Of a DNA stretch of 64,000 nucleotides, positions 16,343-26,551 are shown piece by piece. Numbering within the stretch: position 1 is the stretch's first letter; each line of letters starts with the position of its first letter. Made by a program: the position numbers and the translations under genes. The notes under the pieces are model-generated. The model saw nothing but the letters and a program-made list of their open reading frames with translations, was not told the origin of the DNA and ran no database searches. Origin of the DNA: Chthonomonas calidirosea. GTDB taxonomy: Bacteria; Armatimonadota; Fimbriimonadia; Fimbriimonadales; Fimbriimonadaceae. Location of the stretch: NCBI GenBank assembly GCA_945859975.1, contig CAMAPH010000004.1, forward strand, positions 64,001-128,000, in the 5' to 3' direction.

Positions 16343-17713
16343 AGCCGCAACAAGCCGTTCTCTTGCCCCCGATTCATCCCCGACCGCCAGGTCGCCATTA
16401 AGAACCAGTTCCGTTAGCCAAGCCTTCCATTTCCCGATTTCCGATCCCGCGGTTAGCCCCGTGATCTCCATAATCTGCCCGCCCGTCAGCGGAGACTGCA
16501 ACTGGTCCGGCGGCGTGGCCTGCGAAACCGCCGCCAATTGCGCTCGCACCGGACCGAGATCAAGCTGGCGCACATCTGCTTTCAGACCGTTCGCATCTGC
16601 CTCGACCAGCCGAAGCAAATCGTCGACTGCCTCACCATACTCTCGCCACAGCCGCCGCGCTGCGCTGGCTGAGAAAGTTGGTGCACTGCCAATCCGCATA
16701 TGCCCTCGGACAAGGTGACTAATCGCAACCGCGTCACGCTCCGAGAACTTCAGCCGCCGTAAAATCTCCAGCGACATCTGCGCCCCGATGACCTCGTGGT
16801 TGAAGAACCGGATCCGCCCGTCCTCCTCCACCGTCCTCGTGACCGGCTTCGCGACGTCGTGCAGAAGCGCACCCCACCGGACCGTCAGCGAGTCGCCTGC
16901 CGCTGCCGAATTATCAAGCACCTTGAGCGTGTGCCCCCAAACATCGGCATCGTGGTAATGCCCCTGCGTCACCCCGATCATTGTCCGGAACTCCGGCAAC
17001 ATCCGATCCAGCAAGCCGAGCGTCATCAAATCCTGAAAAGCGGAAGATGCTGATCGCAGCATCAGAATCTTGTTGAGCTCGTCGCGAATCCTCTCCGCAC
17101 TGATGATCTCCAGCCGATCGCTTTCCTCGGCAATCGCTTCGTAAAGCCCCGGCGCAGGTGAGAAGCCGAGTTTCCACCGAAAACGAACTGCTCGCAGCAT
17201 CCGCAGCGGGTCCTCCGCAAACGTAGTGCGCGGATCTTTGGGCGTCCGCAGGAGCCGATCCTGCATATCCGGCAGTCCCGTTCCCAGCGTGTCAAGCACT
17301 TCGCCCGTGAACAAGTCCGCCCGAAGCGAGTTCACCGTGAAATCTCGTCGCAACGCATCCTGCATGTAGTCCGCTGGCTCCACCGTCGGCTTTCGCGACT
17401 CGCCACGGTAGCTCTCGGCGCGCGCGGTGATGAACTCAACCGCTACTCCGTCAATGGAAAGCATCGCCGTGCCGAATTGCTCATAGGTCACCGGATAGTG
17501 GTCCGCCAATCCTGCCTCGTACAAAAGCTGCACGAGGGCAGCTGCATCGCTCTGAGTAACGAGGTCGAAGTCGTCACTCACCGTGTTGCCCAGCAGGGCA
17601 TCGCGCACCGCACCGCCCACCAGAAACAGGTCCGTTTCCCACGCACTTCCGCGGAGCGCAGTCGCGACTTTTCCCAGCACGGGATGGATGAGGGGCAGGT
17701 TAAGTAGCGGCAC
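16328..17713 (-). CDS. CCA tRNA nucleotidyltransferase with HD domain
   Basis: VGGAVRD..DFD, RRDFTVN, EDPLRMLRAVRF, LLHDVAKP. Confidence 0.92.
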   Translation of the reverse strand: MPLLNLPLIHPVLGKVATALRGSAWETDLFLVGGAVRDALLGNTVSDDFDLVTQSDAAALVQLLYEAGLADHYPVTYEQFGTAMLSIDGVAVEFITARAESYRGESRKPTVEPADYMQDALRRDFTVNSLRADLFTGEVLDTLGTGLPDMQDRLLRTPKDPRTTFAEDPLRMLRAVRFRWKLGFSPAPGLYEAIAEESDRLEIISAERIRDELNKILMLRSASSAFQDLMTLGLLDRMLPEFRTMIGVTQGHYHDADVWGHTLKVLDNSAAAGDSLTVRWGALLHDVAKPVTRTVEEDGRIRFFNHEVIGAQMSLEILRRLKFSERDAVAISHLVRGHMRIGSAPTFSASAARRLWREYGEAVDDLLRLVEADANGLKADVRQLDLGPVRAQLAAVSQATPPDQLQSPLTGGQIMEITGLTAGSEIGKWKAWLTELVLNGDLAVGDESGARERLVAALKTE

Positions 17714-17756
17714 GATTATCTCCGTTAGACCTTATTCGGTAAAACAGGCTCATTCT

Positions 17757-20135
17757 ATGACGTTCATTCTCACCGTATCTCTCCTAGCATTTCAAGCTAA
17801 GTCGTCATTGCCCGCCCCAACCGTTCCGCCGCTGAACGAAAATCCCGTCCTCGCTCAGCTGGAATCGAAGGCCGGACTCCGTTTTGATGATATGTTTCCG
17901 CGCCGCGGGATCAACGGCAAAACCGCGCGTGGCCTCAAGTGGTCGCCAGACGATCGCTACCTCGCCTACCTCTGGAACCCGATCGACGATCGAGGAAGCG
18001 ACCTCTGGCTCTATGACACCAAGTCGGGCGAAAGCAAGCGACTCACAAGCCCTCAGCTTATGTCCGCCTTCGACCGCGATGCCCTAAAGGCGGTCGAGCG
18101 CTACCGAAAGGAAGACGAAGAGTGGCAAAAGGTCGAACTCATGAACGACCTGGAGTATCGAGAGTGGCGGCTGAAGCGCAAAGAAGAGGACGCCAAACGA
18201 CGAGAACCTCAGCCGAACTACAACGGCATCAGCGAGGTCAATTGGTCGCCAAAAAGCGACGAAATCTTGATGACCTTCAAAGGCGACGTCTACCGCTGGA
18301 AACTCGGCGAAGCCAAGCCAGAGCGACTCACCAAGACCAAAGACAACGAATCTCAGCCAAAGTACACGCCAGCTGCGGATGGCTTCACCTACTCGCGCGG
18401 CGGGAGCGTCTATCGCGTCAAGTTCAACAGCCCGATTGTCGAACAGCTGAACCCAGATTTGCCGAACAACCTCCCCGTTTTTGGCTACAACATCTCGCCC
18501 GACGGCAAGAAGCTGCTAATCAACGGCGGACGCGACACCGGTCAGGACCGACAGATTCAGTACATCTCCTACCGAGACCGATTCGCAAAGGCGGTAACCA
18601 CCGGTCGCGGCGTTTCGGACGATGAGTTCAAGAACGAGCAGTACTTGTTCGTGTACGACATCTCCGCAAACGACGACCCAACCAAGCCAGAACAAAAGCC
18701 TTGGGAAGTTTGGAAGTGGGCCGGAGGAAAGGAGTGGCAAGAACTCTCGCTAAACGAGCGAGCTTGGAGTGCCGACTCGAAGAAGGTCGTCTTCGCGACT
18801 TGGAAGCGAATCCAGAAGGACTTCGCCGTTGTTGTCGCCGACCTTGAGAAGAAAGAACTCAAGACGATCTACAAGGCGAAGCCAGATGGTGAGCACGGAA
18901 CTCCCGGCATGGCCGATCCTTTCTTCACCCCCGACGGCACGAAGGTCATCACGATGCTCGACGCCTCTGGTTACCGACACGCTTGGATGCTCGACCCGGC
19001 CACCGAAGGTGCTACGCAGATCACCAAGGGCGATTACGAGGCCTACCCACAGCGAGTCTCTCCCGATGGAAAGACCCTCTTTGTCACGGCGAACAAAGAG
19101 CACCAGGCGCGCAATGACCTCTATGCGGTGAACATGGCCGACTTCGAAATGAAGCGCCTTACCAAGCAAGACGGCTTCTACACCGAGCCCGCCATCAGCG
19201 ATTCCACCAAGCAAATCGCCGCGCAGTTCCGAAACTGGAGCAACCTCACCGAAACATTCGTGATGGATGGCGGCGAAAAGCGCGTTACCACCTCGCACCG
19301 ATCCAGCATTTTTGAGCGCAACAACAAGGTCAAGCCTTCGCTGTTCACCTTCAAGAACCGACACGGGCAGACGATCCACGGGTTCATGTTCAAACCGGCG
19401 GACATGAAGCCGAACGAAAAGCGACCGTTGATGATTTACGTCTACGGCGGTCCGCTCGGAACCGGAAAATCGGTCGAGGATGGTTCGCTCAACACCACGG
19501 CTTACTGGTTCAACCAGTACCTTACGCGAGTAATGGGCTACGTCACCGTAACGATCGACACTCGCGGCCAGAGCGGCTACGGCAACGTGTTTGGTAAGGC
19601 CAACTTCGAGCAGCCTGGTATTCCGCAAACCGAAGACCTCAGCGACTGCGCTAAGTTCTTGATCCAGAATCACGGCGTCGATCCGAAGAAGGTCGCGCTT
19701 AACGGTTGGAGCTTCGGCGGCTTCCAAACCCAGATGTGCATGTACTCCGCCCCCGACGTGTTCACCCTCGGCATCGCCGGTGCGGGACCAACGGAGTGGC
19801 AGAACTACAACACTTGGTACACCACCGGCGTCATCGGCGCGGTGCCCAACTCCAAGCCAGATGACCTGGACAAGTACTCGCTCACCTACCTTGCAAAGAA
19901 CCTGCGCTCGCCGCTCCTCCTTCTGCACGGCATGGAAGATGACAACGTTCTGTTCCAGGACACCGTGAACGTCTATCGTAAGCTTCTGCAGTACGGTCGC
20001 GGACCGCTCGTAGAACTCGCCCTTGACCCGACGGGAGCCCACGGAATGGGTGGAGACATGGACAGCCGCGACCGCCACGCCATCTACCTCGCCTTCATTC
20101 AGAAGTGGTGGGGTCCTTTCATCGCCGGCAAGTAA
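17757..20135 (+). CDS. S9 family (dipeptidyl peptidase IV-like) secreted peptidase
   Basis: Propeller domain; VYGGP, GWSFGG, HGMEDDNV, GAHG. Confidence 0.9.
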   Translation: MTFILTVSLLAFQAKSSLPAPTVPPLNENPVLAQLESKAGLRFDDMFPRRGINGKTARGLKWSPDDRYLAYLWNPIDDRGSDLWLYDTKSGESKRLTSPQLMSAFDRDALKAVERYRKEDEEWQKVELMNDLEYREWRLKRKEEDAKRREPQPNYNGISEVNWSPKSDEILMTFKGDVYRWKLGEAKPERLTKTKDNESQPKYTPAADGFTYSRGGSVYRVKFNSPIVEQLNPDLPNNLPVFGYNISPDGKKLLINGGRDTGQDRQIQYISYRDRFAKAVTTGRGVSDDEFKNEQYLFVYDISANDDPTKPEQKPWEVWKWAGGKEWQELSLNERAWSADSKKVVFATWKRIQKDFAVVVADLEKKELKTIYKAKPDGEHGTPGMADPFFTPDGTKVITMLDASGYRHAWMLDPATEGATQITKGDYEAYPQRVSPDGKTLFVTANKEHQARNDLYAVNMADFEMKRLTKQDGFYTEPAISDSTKQIAAQFRNWSNLTETFVMDGGEKRVTTSHRSSIFERNNKVKPSLFTFKNRHGQTIHGFMFKPADMKPNEKRPLMIYVYGGPLGTGKSVEDGSLNTTAYWFNQYLTRVMGYVTVTIDTRGQSGYGNVFGKANFEQPGIPQTEDLSDCAKFLIQNHGVDPKKVALNGWSFGGFQTQMCMYSAPDVFTLGIAGAGPTEWQNYNTWYTTGVIGAVPNSKPDDLDKYSLTYLAKNLRSPLLLLHGMEDDNVLFQDTVNVYRKLLQYGRGPLVELALDPTGAHGMGGDMDSRDRHAIYLAFIQKWWGPFIAGK

Positions 20136-20143
20136 CGTCGAAA

Positions 20144-20171
20144 GCCGCCCCTAGTACAATCTAGGGGCGGC
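20144..20171. repeat. Inverted repeat with TACAAT loop between the S9 gene and tRNA-Leu
   Basis: GCCGCCCCTAG-TACAAT-CTAGGGGCGGC. Confidence 0.75.
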
Positions 20172-20183
20172 CTCTGAGCCGGA

Positions 20184-20269
20184 GCCCGGGTGGTGAAATG
20201 GTAGACACAGGGGACTTAAAATCCCTTGCTTGCAAGAGCGTGCGAGTTCGAGTCTCGCCCCGGGCACCA
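20184..20269 (+). tRNA. tRNA-Leu (TAA)
   Basis: GCCCGGG/CCCGGGC acceptor stem, CT-TAA-AA anticodon loop, long variable arm, GTTCGAG, encoded CCA. Confidence 0.96.
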
Positions 20270-20297
20270 AGCCGCCGTCTGGAACGTCAAAAGAATC

Positions 20298-20618
20298 ATG
20301 GTCACGCTGGAACCAAGCGTCAAGGATGAGATCGTCTCCCGCCTAAAGGCGGTGCCGGGCGTGAGGAAAATCGTCCTGTTTGGTAGCCACGCACGAGGAC
20401 AGGCTGGACCAGACAGCGATATCGACCTGTGGATTGAAATCGACTCGGAACTCACCTTCTTCAAACGCCACGGCTTGCTCCGAGAACGCCTGTATGGGAT
20501 TCTGAGTCCGTTCGACTTGTACCCAGTGACCCCAGCTGAGGCCGAGAGACAGGCAGCGGACTTACATTCGATTACGAGCGAAGTCAAGCGGTCGGGAGTC
20601 GTTTGGTATGAAGCCTAG
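20298..20618 (+). CDS. Minimal nucleotidyltransferase (MNT antitoxin), copy 1
   Basis: LFGSHARGQAGPDSDIDL (GSx10DxD). Confidence 0.9.
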   Translation: MVTLEPSVKDEIVSRLKAVPGVRKIVLFGSHARGQAGPDSDIDLWIEIDSELTFFKRHGLLRERLYGILSPFDLYPVTPAEAERQAADLHSITSEVKRSGVVWYEA

Positions 20619-20751
20619 TACGGTCGAGTGGCTTGACTTTGCCAAGGCTGACTTGCTTGGAGCACGGGTTCACGCGGAACCTACTAATCTTAAAAATCTC
20701 GTCCTATTTCACTGCCACCAAGCGTGGCGAAGAAGCGTCAGAAAGCCATGA
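20608..20751 (+). pseudogene. Truncated HEPN gene (47 codons)
   Basis: Manual translation MKPSTVEWLDFAKADLLGARV...VLFHCHQA then WRRSVRKP*; aligns with the N-terminus of the intact HEPN at 21058. Confidence 0.75.
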
Positions 20752-21077
20752 TCACGCTGGAACAGAGCATAAAGGAGGAAATTGTCGCACGCATCCAAGC
20801 CGTCCCTGGAGTGCGAAAGATCGTCCTGTTCGGGAGCCATGCGACTGGAGAAGCGAACGAAAACAGCGACGTGGACCTATGGATTGAGACGGATAGTCCG
20901 GCTTCATATCATCAACGACAAGTGCAAATGTTGGTCGCTCTTCGCGGAATGAGGGTGCCAATCGACGTCATTGCCCTCACGCCGGAAGAAGTCAAGAGCC
21001 GTTGGGGTGTGCTCGGAACAATTGGTTTCGAAGTTGCAAAGGAAGGGGTGCTCCTCTATGAAGCAGATCACGCTTGA
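20748..21077 (+). CDS. Minimal nucleotidyltransferase (MNT antitoxin), copy 2
   Basis: LFGSHATGEANENSDVDL; clearly paralogous to copy 1. Confidence 0.9.
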   Translation: MITLEQSIKEEIVARIQAVPGVRKIVLFGSHATGEANENSDVDLWIETDSPASYHQRQVQMLVALRGMRVPIDVIALTPEEVKSRWGVLGTIGFEVAKEGVLLYEADHA

Positions 21078-21447
21078 GTGGCTGGACCGAGCAGCCGAAG
21101 ACTTCGACTTAGCTGAAGAACTTTTCCAGGCTGAAAGTAGGTTCAAAAACAACATCGCGTTTCTCGCCCAGCAAGCGTCCGAGAAGTATTTAAAGAGTCT
21201 TCTTATTGAGAACGAGATTGAGTTCCGGAAAACTCACTCTCTTCCGCTGTTGATTGAACTCCTTTTGCCCGCCTTCCCAACCGCTGAAACTGTTCGCCAG
21301 GAAGCTGAACTTCTAACTCCATACGCAGTCGCAAGCCGATACCCCGGTCTGCAAGTTAATGATGTGGATATCCGGCCAGCGATCGAAGCTGCGCGCACGA
21401 TTCGACAATTCGTAACTGGGCACCTACCTGCGACGGAAGGCGCCTAG
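21058..21447 (+). CDS. HEPN domain protein
   Basis: EWLDRAAEDF, FLAQQASEKYLK, KTHSL, ASRYP; overlaps the MNT stop. Confidence 0.9.
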   Translation: MKQITLEWLDRAAEDFDLAEELFQAESRFKNNIAFLAQQASEKYLKSLLIENEIEFRKTHSLPLLIELLLPAFPTAETVRQEAELLTPYAVASRYPGLQVNDVDIRPAIEAARTIRQFVTGHLPATEGA

Positions 21448-21463
21448 GCTTCGCGTTCCCACC

Positions 21464-22474
21464 TCATTGGCCCCCAAGTACGTACTTCGCCCGCAGGTAC
21501 GAGACCTGATCAATCAACTCCCGGTTCTTTGTGGAATCAAGTCGGTCCCACCGCTTGCCGTACCAGCCGTCGCTTCCCACTGGGATCGAGGCAAGGGACT
21601 TCACCGGATCGAATGCAAGCACTTTTCGATGCGGTAGCAAGTTCTCAAACAGCAGGTGCGCAAAGCGAGCTTCGTCACGGATAACCTGCGACGCCGGGTC
21701 GACCCATCGACGATGGCAAGCCTTAGCGAGTTCATTGGTCTCGGGCAGGCGCAGTTCCCTTGCTGTTCGGAGCATCAAGGCGGAGTTGTAACTCCACTTC
21801 ATTTTCTCGATTTTCCCGTTCAGGTCGATGCTATCCCAGTAGAGGCCATCCGACGGGTCCCGCATATTCTTGAGAGTCCAGTCGTAGATTTCTTGCGCCT
21901 TCGCTCGGAGTTTCTTTCCGTCCCGGTGTTTCCCCACCGCCAAGCAAGCTGCCGCGACCGGGGCGTTGGAGCAGGAGTTCTTTGATGCCTTATCCGACTC
22001 TCGCCAATAAATCCCGCCACCGAGTTTTGCGTCTTCCCCGCTCAGCGCATATTCCAAAGCGCGCTCCGCCCGATCCAGAAACCGCTTCTCTTTGGTCAGT
22101 TCAAAAATCTCGACGAGAGCCATCGCCATCCAGGCGTTATCGTCGTAGTAGCGGTCAACCGGCTTCGGACCTGGTAGCACGTCATATCCCGGGACCGGTC
22201 CTTTCGGGTTCCAATACACCTCAACTGCGTCTGCGTATCGGATCAATCCGGACCGCAACGCAGGGTCCACCCGGGCCGCCGCGACCCAGGCACTCAGAAC
22301 GACTCCAACCGTCCAATTGAACGCGACGCCGCTCGCCTTTCCATCGGGCGAAATCGCTTCGGCCAGAAGGGATGAATTCGGCACCGAATAAGCCCGGACC
22401 GCCCGCTCGAAACCGAGGTTAGTGTCTTTTAAACACGCGACAGGCGACAAAACAACCAAAAGCGCGGCGATCAT
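21464..22474 (-). CDS. Glycoside hydrolase family 76-like protein
   Basis: YYDDNAW, GGGIYW, KNSCSN, WSYN. Confidence 0.85.
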   Translation of the reverse strand: MIAALLVVLSPVACLKDTNLGFERAVRAYSVPNSSLLAEAISPDGKASGVAFNWTVGVVLSAWVAAARVDPALRSGLIRYADAVEVYWNPKGPVPGYDVLPGPKPVDRYYDDNAWMAMALVEIFELTKEKRFLDRAERALEYALSGEDAKLGGGIYWRESDKASKNSCSNAPVAAACLAVGKHRDGKKLRAKAQEIYDWTLKNMRDPSDGLYWDSIDLNGKIEKMKWSYNSALMLRTARELRLPETNELAKACHRRWVDPASQVIRDEARFAHLLFENLLPHRKVLAFDPVKSLASIPVGSDGWYGKRWDRLDSTKNRELIDQVSYLRAKYVLGGQ

Positions 22475-22610
22475 CTCAACATCTCCGGGTCTATCATAGC
22501 GTCAGAGTGATCAGAGACAAATCGCACACAATGTCCTGGGACTTTGCAAAATTTCATCTCAAGATTGAACGAATCGCCACTGTGAAACACTTATTAAAGT
22601 ACGTGCTCCC

Positions 22611-23777
22611 ATGACGCCAATCCGAAGTGTGCTCCTCACCACCGCGTGCCTGACGTTACTCGTGCCCTCGCTTGGACGAGCCTGTATCAACGACACCGAC
22701 ACCGTCGAGTTCGAACTCAAGAACATGAACTTGCTGGACGAGATCAATAAGGCAAAGGGCCACCGCGAAAAAGGGAGGCTCATTGGCGAACTCGTCATCC
22801 GCGCCGCCGCCGGCCGTTTCGAGCGGTTCCCGAAGAAATATTACGAAATGCGGATTAAGCGGCTGAACGCAGAGCGTGATCTCGATCCGTACGATGCCGA
22901 TGATTTAGCCGTAGCATACGATCGAATCGGCGACAGCAAATCAGCGATCCGAGTCATCCGCGCTTCCCTTTCCCAGCGTCAGGGCAAGAAAGAAGAGATG
23001 TACCGGTTCCACGCCAACTACGGAACCTTCCTTGCTCACGATTGGCTTAAGAGTGGAGCGAAGAAGTCCGACGTGAGCCAATTGGATGAGGCGGCTAAGC
23101 AGATTGAACTCGGGCTAAAGATCCAGCCTGACGCGCACTTTGGCCGGGAACGTGTACAGCTCCAACTACTGCGTTACCTATCCGCCCGAACTCGCGGCAA
23201 GGAAGACCGCCCCCTGTTTGACTTTCTGGCCAACTCTCTAAAGAGGGACGAGATTGCAATCGGGTTGTGCGGGCTCGTAATGATGGGTGCAGCCTACGAA
23301 TCCCCCGACGTATTTGCAACGATTGCACAGTGCCGACCATTCGTTTCCAATTCCGGAACGACGGTTGCCTGGTACCGAGCGGCAGAACTTCTGAAAACCC
23401 GTGAACCATTCTCAGAAATCGTTGACCCAGAAATCGACAGGCTCGTAGCAGACAAAGAGCTTCTCGCAGAAAAAACCGAGGGCTCGAAGTTATATGTTCG
23501 AATCCGACAAAACGGCGAGGCAGTTCACCAGCAGCGCTTGCGGTACATGTTCGATCGCCTTGACAAGGGGAACCATCCGGACTCCGATGAGTACTTCTGG
23601 ACGGATTGGAAAGAACCGGCGTATCCGGTCATTCATCAGACAAGCTACAACGAGCGCATGATGTTTCAACAAACCTTGGTGGCATTAGGAACAGCTGGCC
23701 TCATGCTCCTTGCCATCGGCTTTTACGTCCGTGAGCGCATCATCGCCAAGCGGAAAGCAAAGTTGCCGACCAAATGA
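22611..23777 (+). CDS. Hypothetical exported helical protein with C-terminal TM anchor
   Basis: Signal peptide, TPR-like helices, C-terminal hydrophobic segment followed by a basic tail. Confidence 0.7.
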   Translation: MTPIRSVLLTTACLTLLVPSLGRACINDTDTVEFELKNMNLLDEINKAKGHREKGRLIGELVIRAAAGRFERFPKKYYEMRIKRLNAERDLDPYDADDLAVAYDRIGDSKSAIRVIRASLSQRQGKKEEMYRFHANYGTFLAHDWLKSGAKKSDVSQLDEAAKQIELGLKIQPDAHFGRERVQLQLLRYLSARTRGKEDRPLFDFLANSLKRDEIAIGLCGLVMMGAAYESPDVFATIAQCRPFVSNSGTTVAWYRAAELLKTREPFSEIVDPEIDRLVADKELLAEKTEGSKLYVRIRQNGEAVHQQRLRYMFDRLDKGNHPDSDEYFWTDWKEPAYPVIHQTSYNERMMFQQTLVALGTAGLMLLAIGFYVRERIIAKRKAKLPTK

Positions 23778-23794
23778 TTCCAAAATAGACCCCA

Positions 23795-24334
23795 GTGCAA
23801 TCCACCGCCGTCGACCTGCTGATCACCGGATTCGGACCGTTCCTCAACATTGAGGACAACCCGTCGAGCTATCTCGCCGAAAACTCCGGGCTCCCGTTCC
23901 GAATCCTGCCGGTCACGTTCGCGGGGGTGGAATCGTTCTTGGCCGAGTGCCAAGGAACGCCTCCGCGACGGTTGCTCATGCTCGGCGTTGCGGCCGGAAG
24001 AGCCAAGTTCACGCCGGAACTCTTCGGGTGGAATCTCATCGGCGACACCGCCGACGCCGCCGGCGTGACCCAGCCCGGACTCATTGAGCCCGATGGTCCG
24101 TTCTTCCGAGAGTCCACCCTCTGGAGCAAAACTCAACTCATCCAACTTGTCCTTGGCGGAACCACCGGCCTCAGCGGCAGCCCCGGACATTACCTCTGCA
24201 ACTATGCCCTGTACCGGGCGCTTGGCACGTTGCCTGGCACCAAAGTTGGCTTTCTCCACGTCCCCGGAGACCAACATATGACGCGAGAAGAGATGCAGCA
24301 GAGGTTTCAAACGGTGCTGAAAGAACTAAACTAG
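23795..24334 (+). CDS. pcp: Pyroglutamyl-peptidase I (C15)
   Basis: LITGFGPF..NPS, PGHYLCN, GFLHVP. Confidence 0.85.
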   Translation: MQSTAVDLLITGFGPFLNIEDNPSSYLAENSGLPFRILPVTFAGVESFLAECQGTPPRRLLMLGVAAGRAKFTPELFGWNLIGDTADAAGVTQPGLIEPDGPFFRESTLWSKTQLIQLVLGGTTGLSGSPGHYLCNYALYRALGTLPGTKVGFLHVPGDQHMTREEMQQRFQTVLKELN

Positions 24335-24338
24335 GGCG

Positions 24339-25262
24339 GTGCCCCGCGTTTCGGTTTTGCTCACTTGCTACAACCACTTCCGCTATTTGCCGGAGGCGCT
24401 GGAAGGCATCCGTAATCAGACCTACCGCGACTTCGAAATCATCGCGATTGATGACGGAAGCACGGACGGCACGCGTGAATGGCTCTCACGCCAAACCGAC
24501 CTGAAAACCATCTTTAACGAGGACAACCTCGGCACCTACGGGTCGCTCAACGTTGCCCTCGCCGCCGCCGAAGGCGAGCTCGTCGCGATCCTCAATGACG
24601 ACGACGTGTGGCTCCCAGAAAAGCTGGAGAAACAGGTCGCGCTGCTCGACGCTCACCCCGAAGTCGGGCTGGTCCACACCGGCGGCTACTTCATTGATGG
24701 CGACAGCAACCGGACCGAAGGCAACCCGCTTGGCTTCCGCTTCCCCCGCTTCGAAACTGGCGACATCCTCCTTGGTTTGGTCTTCGAAAACAAAATCATC
24801 GCCAGTGCCGCCCTCGCCCGGACCGAAATTCTTCGCGAACTCGGCGGATTCAATGAGCGCTACTTCGGCAGCGGCGACTGGGAGATGTGGTTCCGCGTTG
24901 CCGAGGTAGCCGACGTCGGCTTCGTCGACGCCCCGCTCACCCTCTACCGGGTCCACGGAGCGAATGCGAGCCACAAGCTCGAACGAATATGGCGAGACGA
25001 CGAAATGCTCCGAGAGTGGATCCACGAACGCCTCGACGCGAACCTGAAGGCGGGACGATTGCATCCCCGCGACGTCGGTGAGTTCGGGGCGATGTCGTTC
25101 AACTTTGCCGCGCTCGGCACGGTGCAAATGCTCAACGGAAAGCCCGAGGACGCCCGTCGTAGCTATAAAAAGTCCCTGCGACTGAACCCGCTTCGTTGGC
25201 AAACCTACGCTCGGTATCTCCTAACCTTCGCCGGCCCGGCCAAGTTTCGAAAGTTTCTCTGA
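24339..25262 (+). CDS. Glycosyltransferase family 2
   Basis: IDDGSTD, LNDDDVW, GDWEMWFR. Confidence 0.92.
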   Translation: MPRVSVLLTCYNHFRYLPEALEGIRNQTYRDFEIIAIDDGSTDGTREWLSRQTDLKTIFNEDNLGTYGSLNVALAAAEGELVAILNDDDVWLPEKLEKQVALLDAHPEVGLVHTGGYFIDGDSNRTEGNPLGFRFPRFETGDILLGLVFENKIIASAALARTEILRELGGFNERYFGSGDWEMWFRVAEVADVGFVDAPLTLYRVHGANASHKLERIWRDDEMLREWIHERLDANLKAGRLHPRDVGEFGAMSFNFAALGTVQMLNGKPEDARRSYKKSLRLNPLRWQTYARYLLTFAGPAKFRKFL

Positions 25263-25386
25263 AATGCACAGATTCTTGAGAAAAACCCAGCAGTTCCTGC
25301 ATGATCCTTAACAATCGCCAGGGTTATGATCACGGGGGAACCGAACGACGCGCCAACTCGTAACTGCAGGTTCGAACAAGCGGAGC

Positions 25387-26532
25387 ATGTCCAAACGCAT
25401 TTATCTCGATTTCGCGGCGACTTCACCCTTACGGCCTGAAGTTAGGAAGGCCATGCTGCCGTGGCTTGAGTCGGGCAACCCAAGCAGCCTCCACATCGAT
25501 GGCCGCCGTGCGAAAGGCGCGATTGATCAAGCACGAGAACGGGTCAGCACCGCGCTTGGATGCGAGTTTGGGGAGTGCCTTTTCACCTCCGGTGCAACCG
25601 AGTCTGCCAATGCCGCCATCATCGGCGCTGCGGTCGCTAACGAGGATCCAACCCGACGGCGCGTGCTCATCTCCGCGGCCGAGCACCACTGCGTGCTCCA
25701 CACGCAGTCGATGCTGGAACGCCTGGGCTACCAAGTCACGCTGCTCCCCGTTGGCCGAGACACGAGACCTGACTTCGATAGAGTCGGAGCCGAACTGACC
25801 ACTGATGTCCTTCTGATCGCCGTCATGCACGCGAACAACGAGACCGGCGCGATCACGGACGTTGCGGCCATTGCTGATAAAGCTCACGAAGCCGGAGTCC
25901 TTGTGTTCTCCGACGCCGTTCAGACCTTCACCAAGATTCCCAACCTCGTCAAGAAGCTGAGGGCCGACCTCATCGCCGTTTCCGCCCATAAAATCGGCGG
26001 ACCTCAGGGTGTCGGCGCCTTGTACGTCAAAGCGGGAACCAAGCTGAAGCCGCTCGTCGGTGGCGGTGGCCAAGAACGGGAGCTCCGGGGCGGCACGGAG
26101 AACGTGGCCGGGATCATAGGCTTCGCCGGCGCAGTGACTTTGCCAATGTCCGACGCAATGACGAAGAGCGCCCGCGATGCTCTCCTAAAGCGCCTAATCT
26201 CCGGAGGTGCGGTGCCGACGCTTTCGCCGGAAACCCCGACCCTGAACACACACTGTCACGTACGGTTCCCAGGCGTCGAGTCAGAGTCGATGCTTATTCG
26301 CCTCGATCGCGCCGGGGTAAGCGCCAGCGCCGGAGCTGCCTGCAGCAGCGGAAGCCTTGAAGCATCACATGTTTTACTCGCCGCCGGATTCTCCGAGGCC
26401 GAAGCCAAAGAGGGGCTTCGCTTCACTTTGGGCCCCGGCATTGGGCCGAACGACGCCATTCTCGCTGCCGATCGAATCATCCAAGCCGCCCAGGCTATTC
26501 TGGGCATCGAGAAATCCCGAGTCGCCAGATAG
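25387..26532 (+). CDS. Cysteine desulfurase (IscS/NifS family)
   Basis: YLDFAATS, SAHKIGGP, SAGAACSSG. Confidence 0.93.
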   Translation: MSKRIYLDFAATSPLRPEVRKAMLPWLESGNPSSLHIDGRRAKGAIDQARERVSTALGCEFGECLFTSGATESANAAIIGAAVANEDPTRRRVLISAAEHHCVLHTQSMLERLGYQVTLLPVGRDTRPDFDRVGAELTTDVLLIAVMHANNETGAITDVAAIADKAHEAGVLVFSDAVQTFTKIPNLVKKLRADLIAVSAHKIGGPQGVGALYVKAGTKLKPLVGGGGQERELRGGTENVAGIIGFAGAVTLPMSDAMTKSARDALLKRLISGGAVPTLSPETPTLNTHCHVRFPGVESESMLIRLDRAGVSASAGAACSSGSLEASHVLLAAGFSEAEAKEGLRFTLGPGIGPNDAILAADRIIQAAQAILGIEKSRVAR

Positions 26533-26551
26533 CCTCTGGTACCTTGAAATT

